Positions 29,440-37,874 of a stretch of DNA of 64,000 bases are shown here, piece by piece. Position numbers and translations under genes: made by a program. The stretch is from an uncultured delta proteobacterium. Lineage in GTDB: Bacteria; Desulfobacterota; Binatia; Binatales; Binataceae. Under the pieces are notes generated by a model that worked only from the letters and a program-made list of their open reading frames with translations, made no database searches and had not been told where the DNA came from. The stretch is taken from the NCBI GenBank assembly GCA_963756155.1, contig CAVWMQ010000010.1, forward strand, positions 95,672 to 159,671. Direction: 5' to 3'. Each line of letters begins with the position of its first letter. Position 1 is the first letter of the stretch.

Positions 29440-30240
29440 ATGAATTCGCCTTACCAATCGATTGAGCGTGGAGAGTCAGGCCGCGGTCACGTGGGCTGGC
29501 GGATCCATTACTTCGAGGAAACCGACTCGACCCAGGCGATCGCGCGCGAACTTGCCGCCCAGGGCGCGGCCGAGGGCACCGTCGTCATCGCGGAGCAGCA
29601 GACCGCCGGGCGTGGCAGGATGGGCCGATCGTGGCATTCGCCGCCCGGTGTCAACCTCTATATGACGATAATCCTGCGTCCGAGGTTGACACTCGGCGAG
29701 GTGCCGCGGCTCAGTTTGGTCGCGGGAGTCGCGGCGGCCGAGGCGATCGAGCCGATCGCGCCGGGGATGGTTTCGCTCAAATGGCCCAATGATATATGGC
29801 TTCGCGGCAGGAAGGCCGGCGGGATGATAGCGGAGGCGGTGACCGATTCGAGCCAGAGGCTAACGTCGGTACTCTTGGGCATAGGCATCAATGTCAACCT
29901 GGTCGCCCTCGACATCCCGGAGGACCTCCGCCCCAAAGCGACCTCGATCCGAATCGCGACGGGGCGGCCATGCGATCGAATTGCGCTGGCCGACGCACTT
30001 TTTAATCTGCTCGACACTCGCTATATGGAGACGCAGGCGATGGGCTTCGCGGCGGTCCGCCCGCATTGGGAGCGCTACTCGGCGCTCACCGGCAAGCGGG
30101 TCGCGATCGTCGACGCGGGCCGCCGCGAGACTGGCGTCGTCAAGGGAATCGACGCCGACGGCGCGCTACTGCTCGATACCGGCGCTGCGCTGGTGCGAAT
30201 CGTCGCCGGCGATGTTACGATCGAAGGTGCTTACGATTAA
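29440..30240 (+). CDS. birA: biotin--[acetyl-CoA-carboxylase] ligase (group I, no N-terminal HTH)
   Basis: It has the GRGRMGRSWHSPPG biotin-binding loop and the KWPNDI motif. Confidence 0.9.
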   Translation: MNSPYQSIERGESGRGHVGWRIHYFEETDSTQAIARELAAQGAAEGTVVIAEQQTAGRGRMGRSWHSPPGVNLYMTIILRPRLTLGEVPRLSLVAGVAAAEAIEPIAPGMVSLKWPNDIWLRGRKAGGMIAEAVTDSSQRLTSVLLGIGINVNLVALDIPEDLRPKATSIRIATGRPCDRIALADALFNLLDTRYMETQAMGFAAVRPHWERYSALTGKRVAIVDAGRRETGVVKGIDADGALLLDTGAALVRIVAGDVTIEGAYD

Positions 30241-30337
30241 TTTGTAACGATCAAGTAACCGGTAGATAAATCGCTTCGCCGCAGGCGTCGCGCTCCGGAC
30301 TCGGCCTCGCGCGCGAAGCGCCAGAGAGGTAGCAGCT

Positions 30338-32440
30338 ATGGCTGTCGAGGAAATCGGGCGGCTCAGGACCATCGCGATCGTCGGCCAGGGCGGCACCGGC
30401 AAGACCCAGCTCGCCGAGGCGATGCTGTTCACCGCCGGTGCGATCAACCGCCTCGGCCGTCCCGACGACGGCAGCGCGGTGATGGACTTCGAACCGGAGG
30501 AACTCCATCGCCACGTTTCGATCAGCTCCACGTTTCATCATCTTAACTGGAAAAAGACCGAAGTCATCCTGGCCAACACGCCCGGCTACGGCGCGTTCCT
30601 GCCCGATACCGTCGCGACTCTGCGCGCGGTCGACGGCGTGGTGCTGCTGATCAGTCCCGGCAATGACACCAAGGTCGAGTCGGAAAAAATCTGGGAGGCG
30701 ATTTCCGAGCTCGGCCTCCCGCGCATCGCTTTCGTCTCGCGACTGGATCGCGAGCGCGCGAGTTTCGACAACGCGCTCAGGGACCTCGAGAAGACGCTCG
30801 GTGCGAAGCCGGTCGTGATGACGCTGCCGATCGGCGAGGAGCTCGGCTTTCGCGGCGTGGTCGACGTGCTCGCGATGAAAGCGCTCGTGTACGGCGACAC
30901 CTCGGGCAGGCCCAAGGAAGAGGAACTCAGTGGCGAACTCAAGACGCGCGTGGAGGCGGCCCGCAATGCGCTGTTCGAGACGGTCGCCGAGTCCGACGAC
31001 GCGCTGCTCGAGAAATATCTCGACCAGGGATCGCTCGAGGAAGAGGAAGTGCGCACCGCGCTCCACGCCGGCGTCCGGGCGGGCACGCTGACTCCCGTGT
31101 TCTGCGGCTCGGGCACCAAGAATATCGGCGTCGGCCCGCTGCTCGATGCGATTAACGTGCTGATGCCAGCGCCCAACGAGCGCCCCGCCGTAAAGGGGCA
31201 GCACTCCTCGACCGGCGAGCCGGTCGAGCGCGCCGCCGATCCCGGCGCGCCATTCGCGGCACTGGTATTCAAATCAGTGATCGATCCGTTCGCCGGCAAG
31301 CTTTCGATCTTTCGCGTGGTCTCCGGCAAGGCGCTCAGCGATGCGACGGTTTACAACGCCGCCCGCGAGTCACGCGAGCACTTCGGTCAGTTGCTGCGCC
31401 TGGAAGGCAAGAAGCAGGCGCCCCTTGCCATCGCGCTCCCCGGTGAGATCGTCGCGGTCGCCAAGCTCAAGGACACCACCACCGGCGACACGCTATGCGA
31501 CGAGAAAGCTCCCCTGCTGTTGGCGCCGATCCCGCGGCCGACGCCGGTTATCTCGTTCGCTATTCGCCCCAAGACCAAGAGCGACGAGGAGAAGTCCTCG
31601 GCCGCGATGCACAAGCTGCTCGAGGAGGATATCGCGCTCGAGATGCATCGCGATCCCCAGACCCACGAAATCATCCTGTCGGGCACCGGCCAGATGCATA
31701 TCGAGGCGACCGTCGAGAAGCTCAAACGTAAATTTAATGTAGAGGTTGAACTTCAGTCGCCCAAGGTCCCCTACAAGGAAACCCTCAAAGGACGCGCGGA
31801 AGCGCAGGGAAAGTATAAGCGCCAGTCGGGCGGCCGCGGGCAGTACGGCGACTGCTGGCTCAAGGTCGAGCCGCAACCGCGCGGCAAGGGTTTCGAGTTC
31901 GTCGACGAAATCGTCGGCGGCGTGATTCCGCGCAACTTCATTCCGTCGGTGGAAAAGGGCGTGCGCAGCACACTCAACGAAGGCTTTCTCGCCGGATTTC
32001 CGGTGGTCGATATCAAGGTGACGGTCTTCGACGGCAGCTATCACGACGTCGACTCCTCGGATATGGCGTTTCAGATCGCCGCTTCGATGGGACTCAAGGC
32101 CGCGTTCGAAAAAGCCCGCCCGATCATCCTTGAGCCAATTCTGGAACTCGCCGTAGCCTGTCCCGACGAATGCATGGGCGAGGTGATCGGCGACCTCAAT
32201 GCGCGCCGCGGCAAAGTCCTGGGAATGGATCGCAAGGGCCAGAGCCAGGTCATCAAGGCACGGGTGCCGATGTCGGAAGTGCTCAAGTACGCGCCCGACC
32301 TGCGCTCCATCACCTCGGGACGCGGATCGTTCGAGCAGCATTTCTCGCACTACGAGGAGGCCCCTCCGCAGATCGCCGAAAAGATCATCAAGGAGACTCA
32401 TGCCGCGCGCGAGGCCGCCAAGGAACGCGCCCACGCCTAA
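30338..32440 (+). CDS. elongation factor G-like protein (divergent paralog with non-canonical G motifs)
   Basis: 700 aa with full five-domain EF-G colinearity. However, G1 reads GQGGTGKT, DTPGH reads NTPGY, and NKxD reads SRLD. Confidence 0.9.
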   Translation: MAVEEIGRLRTIAIVGQGGTGKTQLAEAMLFTAGAINRLGRPDDGSAVMDFEPEELHRHVSISSTFHHLNWKKTEVILANTPGYGAFLPDTVATLRAVDGVVLLISPGNDTKVESEKIWEAISELGLPRIAFVSRLDRERASFDNALRDLEKTLGAKPVVMTLPIGEELGFRGVVDVLAMKALVYGDTSGRPKEEELSGELKTRVEAARNALFETVAESDDALLEKYLDQGSLEEEEVRTALHAGVRAGTLTPVFCGSGTKNIGVGPLLDAINVLMPAPNERPAVKGQHSSTGEPVERAADPGAPFAALVFKSVIDPFAGKLSIFRVVSGKALSDATVYNAARESREHFGQLLRLEGKKQAPLAIALPGEIVAVAKLKDTTTGDTLCDEKAPLLLAPIPRPTPVISFAIRPKTKSDEEKSSAAMHKLLEEDIALEMHRDPQTHEIILSGTGQMHIEATVEKLKRKFNVEVELQSPKVPYKETLKGRAEAQGKYKRQSGGRGQYGDCWLKVEPQPRGKGFEFVDEIVGGVIPRNFIPSVEKGVRSTLNEGFLAGFPVVDIKVTVFDGSYHDVDSSDMAFQIAASMGLKAAFEKARPIILEPILELAVACPDECMGEVIGDLNARRGKVLGMDRKGQSQVIKARVPMSEVLKYAPDLRSITSGRGSFEQHFSHYEEAPPQIAEKIIKETHAAREAAKERAHA

Positions 32441-32522
32441 GGCCCTTGCGAGCAGCGGCCCAATCCCCCGCCCGGACGGGTATTGCTGATGCGCGCAGTC
32501 GGATAGACTCTCTCCGAGGCTT

Positions 32523-32744
32523 ATGCCGCCGCTCGGAAAAGGACTGATCGTCGTCGGGCTCATCCTGGTCGTGGCGGGAGTCGCGGTATGGGTGTTGCCG
32601 TCGATTCCTTATGCGGGCCGGCTAGGGCGGCTGCCCGGTGACATCTACATCAAGCGGGACAACTTCACGCTTTACTTTCCACTCACCACCGGAATCCTGA
32701 TTAGCGTCGTACTCACAATCCTGTTGTCGCTGATGAGGCGATGA
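32523..32744 (+). CDS. DUF2905 family small membrane protein
   Basis: 73 aa with two hydrophobic helices and the central GRLPGDIYIKRDNFTLYFP motif. Its stop codon overlaps the next gene's start (ATGA). Confidence 0.75.
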   Translation: MPPLGKGLIVVGLILVVAGVAVWVLPSIPYAGRLGRLPGDIYIKRDNFTLYFPLTTGILISVVLTILLSLMRR

Positions 32745-34978
32745 CGGTGGCCGATGAGACGAAGCTGAGCACGCATCGGCTCGCGGAGCGCAAGCGGCGC
32801 CGCCGCGAGCTGATCGCCGTCGGCATCGCGGCCGCGACGCTGGTCGCCTTCGTGCTGGCGCAGACCGAGCTTCCGCCGCTGACCCGGCATACGTCGCTGG
32901 TCTCCAACCTCGCGGTCATCACGCTCTTCAATTTGAGCTTCCTGCTCCTGGGCCTGTTGCTGTTCCTGGTCGGGCGCAATCTCGCCAAGGTCATCTTCGA
33001 GCGCCGCCGCGGACTCATCGGCTCCAAGTTCCAGGTCAGGCTGGTGGCCGGCTTTATCGCCGTGGCGCTGGTACCGAGCGCTTTCCTGCTCTATGTGTCC
33101 GGCGTTTTTCTGCACGCTGATATCGGTAGCTGGTTCAATCCCGAGTACGAGCAGGTGCTCGACGACTCGCTCGAGATCGCAAAGACTTATTACCTGAACT
33201 CCGCGAACAACGCGTCGCACTTCGCGCGCGTACTGGCTGAGGAGGTCGCCAAGCACGACCTGCTCTCGACCGCCAAGCGCCCCGCGCTCCGCGATTACAT
33301 CGAGAAGCGCCAGCAGGAGTACAACCTCGGCACCATCGAGGTGTTCTCCAAGGATCGCAAGCTGCTGCTGCTTGCGCTGAGCCCCAAGACTCCGACCGGG
33401 GTCGGCGTGTCGCCCGACTCAACGCTGATTTCCGAAACGCTGAAAGGGCAGGCGATGACGCGCACTGATCGCCTCTCGCGTTCCGACGTGGTGCGCGGCT
33501 CCGCGCCGATTTATTCCTCGACCGATTCCGACCAGGTGCTGGGCGCGGTGGTGGTCGACTACTTTCTGCCCACCAGCCTCGCCACTCGCGCGACCGACAT
33601 CTCGCGCACCTCGGAGGACTACTTCCAGCTGCGCATCCTGCGCCAGCCGATTCTCAACAGCTATCTGCTGGCCCTGGTGCTGATCGGCCTGGTGGTAGTG
33701 ACGCTCTCTAGCTGGTTCGGGATGTACCTAGCGCGCGGAATCACCGGGCCGATCAAACTACTCGCGCAGGGCACCGAGGCGATCGCCGCGGGAAATCTGA
33801 ACTACCAGATTCCCGAGGTCGGCGACGACGAACTCGGCCGGCTGGTCGATTCGTTCAACCAGATGACCACCGACCTGCGCGTCTCCGGCGCCGAGCTCGA
33901 GCGCCGCCGCCGCTACACCGAGACGCTGCTCCGCAACGTGTCGGCCGGCGTCGTCGGGCTGGACGCGCAAGGGCACGTGACGGCGATAAATCCCTGCGCG
34001 GAGCGGTTGCTGGGGATGGCCGCCGCCGACCTGGTCGGGCGCAACTATGCGTTTGCGTTTCCGCCCGCGCTGGCCCGTGTACTGGAGGATATCTTTGCCT
34101 CCCCGACGCGCCCGCGCGAGGTGCGCGCGACCATCAAGCTGGACTCCAACAGCAACGGCGACAGCGAGCTGATGATGACCGCGAGCCCGCTGGCCGAAGG
34201 CGCCGACGAACCCGGCGGAATGGTGCTGTTCTTTGAAGACGTTAGCCAGATCGCCAAGGTCGAGCGGATGGAAGCGTGGCGCGAGGTGGCGCGCCGCATC
34301 GCGCACGAAATAAAAAATCCGCTCACTCCGATCCAGCTCTCCGCCGAGCGCCTGCGCCGCCAGCTTGGCGGCCGCGACGGCGGACCGTCAGCGCTGGTCG
34401 ACGAATGCACCCGCACCATCATCGGCGAGGTCGAAGATCTCAAACGCCTGGTGAACGAATTCTCCGGCTTCGCACGAATGCCGCATCTCAATCCGCTCCC
34501 CGGCGATCTCAACGCGCTGGCCGCCGAGACGGTCGCGAATTTCCGCGAGGCAAATCCCAACGTCGAGTTCTCGGTCGCGCTAGACCCGGCGCTGCCGCTC
34601 ATCGCGATCGATCGCGAGGCGGTGAAGCGCGCCCTGGTCAACCTGCTCGACAACGCGGTCGCAGCGACCACCACGTACAACGGCAATCGCAATGGCGACC
34701 GGCCGCGAATCGAGCTTCGCACCACACTCAAACCGGATAAGGTGGTGCTCGAGATCGCGGACAACGGACCTGGGATCGAGCCGCGGCTTCGCACCCGCGT
34801 TTTCGAGCCGTACTTTTCCAGCAAGAAGGGCGGCACCGGACTCGGCCTCGCGATCGTCTCCGCGATCATCTCGGATCATCGCGGCTTCGTCCGTGTCGAC
34901 GACAACCAGCCGCACGGAAGTAGATTCATCGTCGAGTTTCCGCTAAAAGAGCAGCAACTCGCCAAGGCAACGGGCTGA
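32741..34978 (+). CDS. ntrY: NtrY-like sensor histidine kinase (TM-HAMP-PAS-HisKA-HATPase)
   Basis: 745 aa. It has an N-terminal multi-TM region, a HAMP domain (GDDELGRLVDSFNQMTTDL), a PAS region, the H-box HEIKNPLTPIQLSAERL, the N box DNAVAA, and the G box GTGLGLAIV. Confidence 0.9.
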   Translation: MTVADETKLSTHRLAERKRRRRELIAVGIAAATLVAFVLAQTELPPLTRHTSLVSNLAVITLFNLSFLLLGLLLFLVGRNLAKVIFERRRGLIGSKFQVRLVAGFIAVALVPSAFLLYVSGVFLHADIGSWFNPEYEQVLDDSLEIAKTYYLNSANNASHFARVLAEEVAKHDLLSTAKRPALRDYIEKRQQEYNLGTIEVFSKDRKLLLLALSPKTPTGVGVSPDSTLISETLKGQAMTRTDRLSRSDVVRGSAPIYSSTDSDQVLGAVVVDYFLPTSLATRATDISRTSEDYFQLRILRQPILNSYLLALVLIGLVVVTLSSWFGMYLARGITGPIKLLAQGTEAIAAGNLNYQIPEVGDDELGRLVDSFNQMTTDLRVSGAELERRRRYTETLLRNVSAGVVGLDAQGHVTAINPCAERLLGMAAADLVGRNYAFAFPPALARVLEDIFASPTRPREVRATIKLDSNSNGDSELMMTASPLAEGADEPGGMVLFFEDVSQIAKVERMEAWREVARRIAHEIKNPLTPIQLSAERLRRQLGGRDGGPSALVDECTRTIIGEVEDLKRLVNEFSGFARMPHLNPLPGDLNALAAETVANFREANPNVEFSVALDPALPLIAIDREAVKRALVNLLDNAVAATTTYNGNRNGDRPRIELRTTLKPDKVVLEIADNGPGIEPRLRTRVFEPYFSSKKGGTGLGLAIVSAIISDHRGFVRVDDNQPHGSRFIVEFPLKEQQLAKATG

Positions 34979-35044
34979 AGGGCCGCGCGCAACTGCGCGC
35001 ATCGCGCATCTCAGCAATAAAGTTCCTATAGAGAGAGCATTGAA

Positions 35045-36322
35045 GTGAACGAAACCGTGTTGGTGGTGGATGATGAGGAGCGGATTCGATCCTCAATTCG
35101 CGGCATCCTGAGCGACGAGGGCTTTCGCGTGGTCGAGACCGGCGACGCGCCCGCGGTGATCGATCTGATCGCGCGCGAGCATCCCGCGATCGTCCTGCTC
35201 GACGTGTGGATGCCCGACCTCGACGGCATCGAGCTGCTGCGGCGGATCAAATCTGAACAGCCACAGGTGCCGGTGATAATGATTTCCGGCCACGCGAATA
35301 TCCAGAGCGCGGTAGCGGCGACCAAGCTCGGCGCCGCGGATTTCATTCAGAAGCCGTTTTCGGTCAGCGGATTGCTCGCATCGATCGCGCGCGCCCTCGA
35401 CGACGGGCAGCCTGCCGCGCAGGTGGCGAGCGCGCCGGCGCAGGAGAGCGCCGGCGTCGCGAATCGCAAACAGACCTCGCGGCTCGGTGCGCGACCGCAG
35501 CGCACCATCGCGCGATCGATCGTGATGGGCGGGCAGGGGCTCCACACCGGGCTCAAGACCGGGGTGATTCTGCATCCCGCGCCCACCGGCTCCGGAATCG
35601 TGTTCTCCTCGCTCGCCGATGAAACCGCGGTCGCCGCCTGTCTGGAGAACGTCAGCGACACCGGTTACAACACCACGCTCACCAGCGGCGGACGCTCGGT
35701 GCGGACTGTCGAGCATCTGATGTCCGCGCTGCACGCATTCGGGATCACCAACCTGCTGATCAAGACCGATGACGAGGTCCCGGCGCTCGACGGCTCCGCG
35801 CTGGAATTCTGCCGCCAGCTCACCGAAGCCGGCGTGACCGATCAGGATCGGACCGTCGAACCGATCCGAATCACCAAACCGATCGTGATCGGCGAGGAGG
35901 GCGAAGGATGCGAGTTCATCCGCATCGAGCCCGCCGACGTGCTGACTATCGACTACACGCTCGACTATCCGGAGCCGGTCGGCATCCAGCGCGTGCATTT
36001 CGAGCTGTCCTCACCCGAGTCATACACGCGCGAGATTGCGCCGGCACGCACCTTCACTTTCGTCAAGGAGTTTCGCAAGCTCTGCGAGATGGGACTGGGA
36101 GCGGGCGGGCGCCTGGACAATCTGATCCTGGTCGACGAGGTCAAGGTGGTGAACACCACGCTGCGCTTTCCCAACGAATTTGCGCGCCACAAGGTGCTCG
36201 ATCTGATCGGCGACCTCTACCTGTTTGGACGGCCGATCGTCGGGCATGTCACCGCGTCGAAGACCGGACACTCGGACAACCTGGCGATGGTGAAGGCGAT
36301 CCGCGGCTCGCTCGCAGCATAG
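35045..36322 (+). CDS. lpxC: response-regulator receiver domain fused to UDP-3-O-acyl-N-acetylglucosamine deacetylase (REC-LpxC)
   Basis: GTG start. The REC motifs VVDDEE, LLDVWMPDLDG, MISGH and IQKPF are present. After a linker of about 40 aa comes an LpxC domain with TVEHL, ARTFTF, RHKVLDLIGDL and KTGHS. Confidence 0.9.
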   Translation: MNETVLVVDDEERIRSSIRGILSDEGFRVVETGDAPAVIDLIAREHPAIVLLDVWMPDLDGIELLRRIKSEQPQVPVIMISGHANIQSAVAATKLGAADFIQKPFSVSGLLASIARALDDGQPAAQVASAPAQESAGVANRKQTSRLGARPQRTIARSIVMGGQGLHTGLKTGVILHPAPTGSGIVFSSLADETAVAACLENVSDTGYNTTLTSGGRSVRTVEHLMSALHAFGITNLLIKTDDEVPALDGSALEFCRQLTEAGVTDQDRTVEPIRITKPIVIGEEGEGCEFIRIEPADVLTIDYTLDYPEPVGIQRVHFELSSPESYTREIAPARTFTFVKEFRKLCEMGLGAGGRLDNLILVDEVKVVNTTLRFPNEFARHKVLDLIGDLYLFGRPIVGHVTASKTGHSDNLAMVKAIRGSLAA

Positions 36323-36395
36323 GACGCACCGCGCATCACCCAAATCGAGCGCGCTATGGGACCGTCGCGCGAGATCGTCGAGTGACACCGTCTAA

Positions 36396-37139
36396 ATGGA
36401 CCTCAACGGCAAAGTAGCCCTGGTCACCGGCTCCGGGCGCCGGGTCGGCAAGACGATCGCTCTCGCATTGGCGGAGCGCGGAGCCACCCTCGCGATCCAC
36501 TATCGCAGCTCGCAAGCCGAAGCCGACGGGGTCGTCGCCGAAATCGCCGGCCAGCACGGAAAACCCGGCAACGCAACCGTGTTTCACGCCGACCTCGAAA
36601 AGGTCGCCGACATCGAAGTGATGATCACTGCGGTGCTCGCCGCCTTCGGCCGCATCGACGTGCTGGTCAATTCCGCGTCGATTTTTTATCGCAAGCCGAT
36701 CGAGGAAGTGACCGAGCGCGACTGGGACGTGAACCTCAACACCAACCTGAAGGCGCCGTTCTTTCTGGCCAAGTTCGCGGGCGCCGCGATGCGCCGGCAG
36801 GGCGCTGGCAAAATCGTGAACATCGGGGACTGGGCCGGGATACGGCCGTATAATAACTATCTTCCCTACGTGGTCTCCAAGACCGGGATTCTCGGGCTCA
36901 CCAAAGCTCTGGCGAAAGCGCTCGCGCCGGAGGTGCAGGTCAATTGCGTGGCGTTGGGCCCGGTGATGGCGCCCGAGGAATATGGCGCTGACGAGATCGC
37001 GCGGATGGTCGCCGGCACGCTGACCAAAAAGATGGGCACGCCGGAGGACGTCGCGCGCGCGGTGCTGTTTTTCTGCGAGGGCACCGATTTCGCGACCGGC
37101 GCGACGCTGGTCCTCGACGGCGGCCGCCTGATCGCGTAG
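36396..37139 (+). CDS. SDR family oxidoreductase (pteridine-reductase/FolM-like)
   Basis: It has the TGSGRRVG cofactor motif and the catalytic YxxxK (YVVSK). At 247 aa it is a classical SDR. Confidence 0.88.
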   Translation: MDLNGKVALVTGSGRRVGKTIALALAERGATLAIHYRSSQAEADGVVAEIAGQHGKPGNATVFHADLEKVADIEVMITAVLAAFGRIDVLVNSASIFYRKPIEEVTERDWDVNLNTNLKAPFFLAKFAGAAMRRQGAGKIVNIGDWAGIRPYNNYLPYVVSKTGILGLTKALAKALAPEVQVNCVALGPVMAPEEYGADEIARMVAGTLTKKMGTPEDVARAVLFFCEGTDFATGATLVLDGGRLIA

Positions 37140-37143
37140 CGCC

Positions 37144-37851
37144 TTGAAAGATTTCCGCGTCACTCCGGTTCCATCGCGCGTCGCGGTGCTCGCCAGCGGC
37201 GGGCTCGACAGCAGCGTACTGCTGGGCGAGGTGGCGCGGCGCGGCCGGCGCGTGTTTCCCGTTTACGTGCGCGCGGGTCTCAAATGGGAGGACGCCGAGC
37301 TAGCCGCGCTGCGCCGTTTTCTGCGCGCGCTCGGGCGCAAAAATATCGAGCCCGTCACTGTCCTGCGTTTGCCTACAGATGACATCGCCGCCCATCACTG
37401 GAGCGTCACCGGGCGCAACGTCCCCGGCTATCGCGCCGCGACTGCGTCGAACTACATCGCGGGCCGCAACTTGAGCCTGCTCGCCAAGGCTGCCGTGTTT
37501 TGCGCGCTCAGGCGGATCGGGGAGATCGCGATGGCGCCGCTGGAGAGTAATCCTTTTCCAGATGCGCGCCCGGAATTCTTCCGCTCCTTCGAGCGCACCG
37601 CGGAACTCGGCCTGAGACTGAGCTTGCGCGTCACGACGCCCTTTCTCGGCCTCACCAAGGCGCAAGTGATCCAGCGCGGCAGCTTGCTTCCGCTCGAGCT
37701 GACGCTCTCATGCGCGCGGCCGCGCGGCGCGCTCCAATGCGGCTCGTGCACCAAGTGCGCCGAGCGTATCGAGGCGTTCGCAGCGTCCGGCGTCGACGAC
37801 CCCACCCGCTACGCGCATCGCCCGCGGCCGGCGCGGGCGCATATCGCTTGA
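37144..37851 (+). CDS. QueC-like PP-loop ATPase (divergent 7-cyano-7-deazaguanine synthase family)
   Basis: TTG start 4 nt after the SDR stop codon. It has the PP-loop SGGLDSS and a C-terminal Cys cluster (SCARPRGALQCGSCTKCAERIEAF) like the QueC zinc site. The usual DYGQRH region is not recognisable. Confidence 0.8.
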   Translation: MKDFRVTPVPSRVAVLASGGLDSSVLLGEVARRGRRVFPVYVRAGLKWEDAELAALRRFLRALGRKNIEPVTVLRLPTDDIAAHHWSVTGRNVPGYRAATASNYIAGRNLSLLAKAAVFCALRRIGEIAMAPLESNPFPDARPEFFRSFERTAELGLRLSLRVTTPFLGLTKAQVIQRGSLLPLELTLSCARPRGALQCGSCTKCAERIEAFAASGVDDPTRYAHRPRPARAHIA

Positions 37852-37874
37852 ACGCAGCGGCGGCTCGAGCTACT

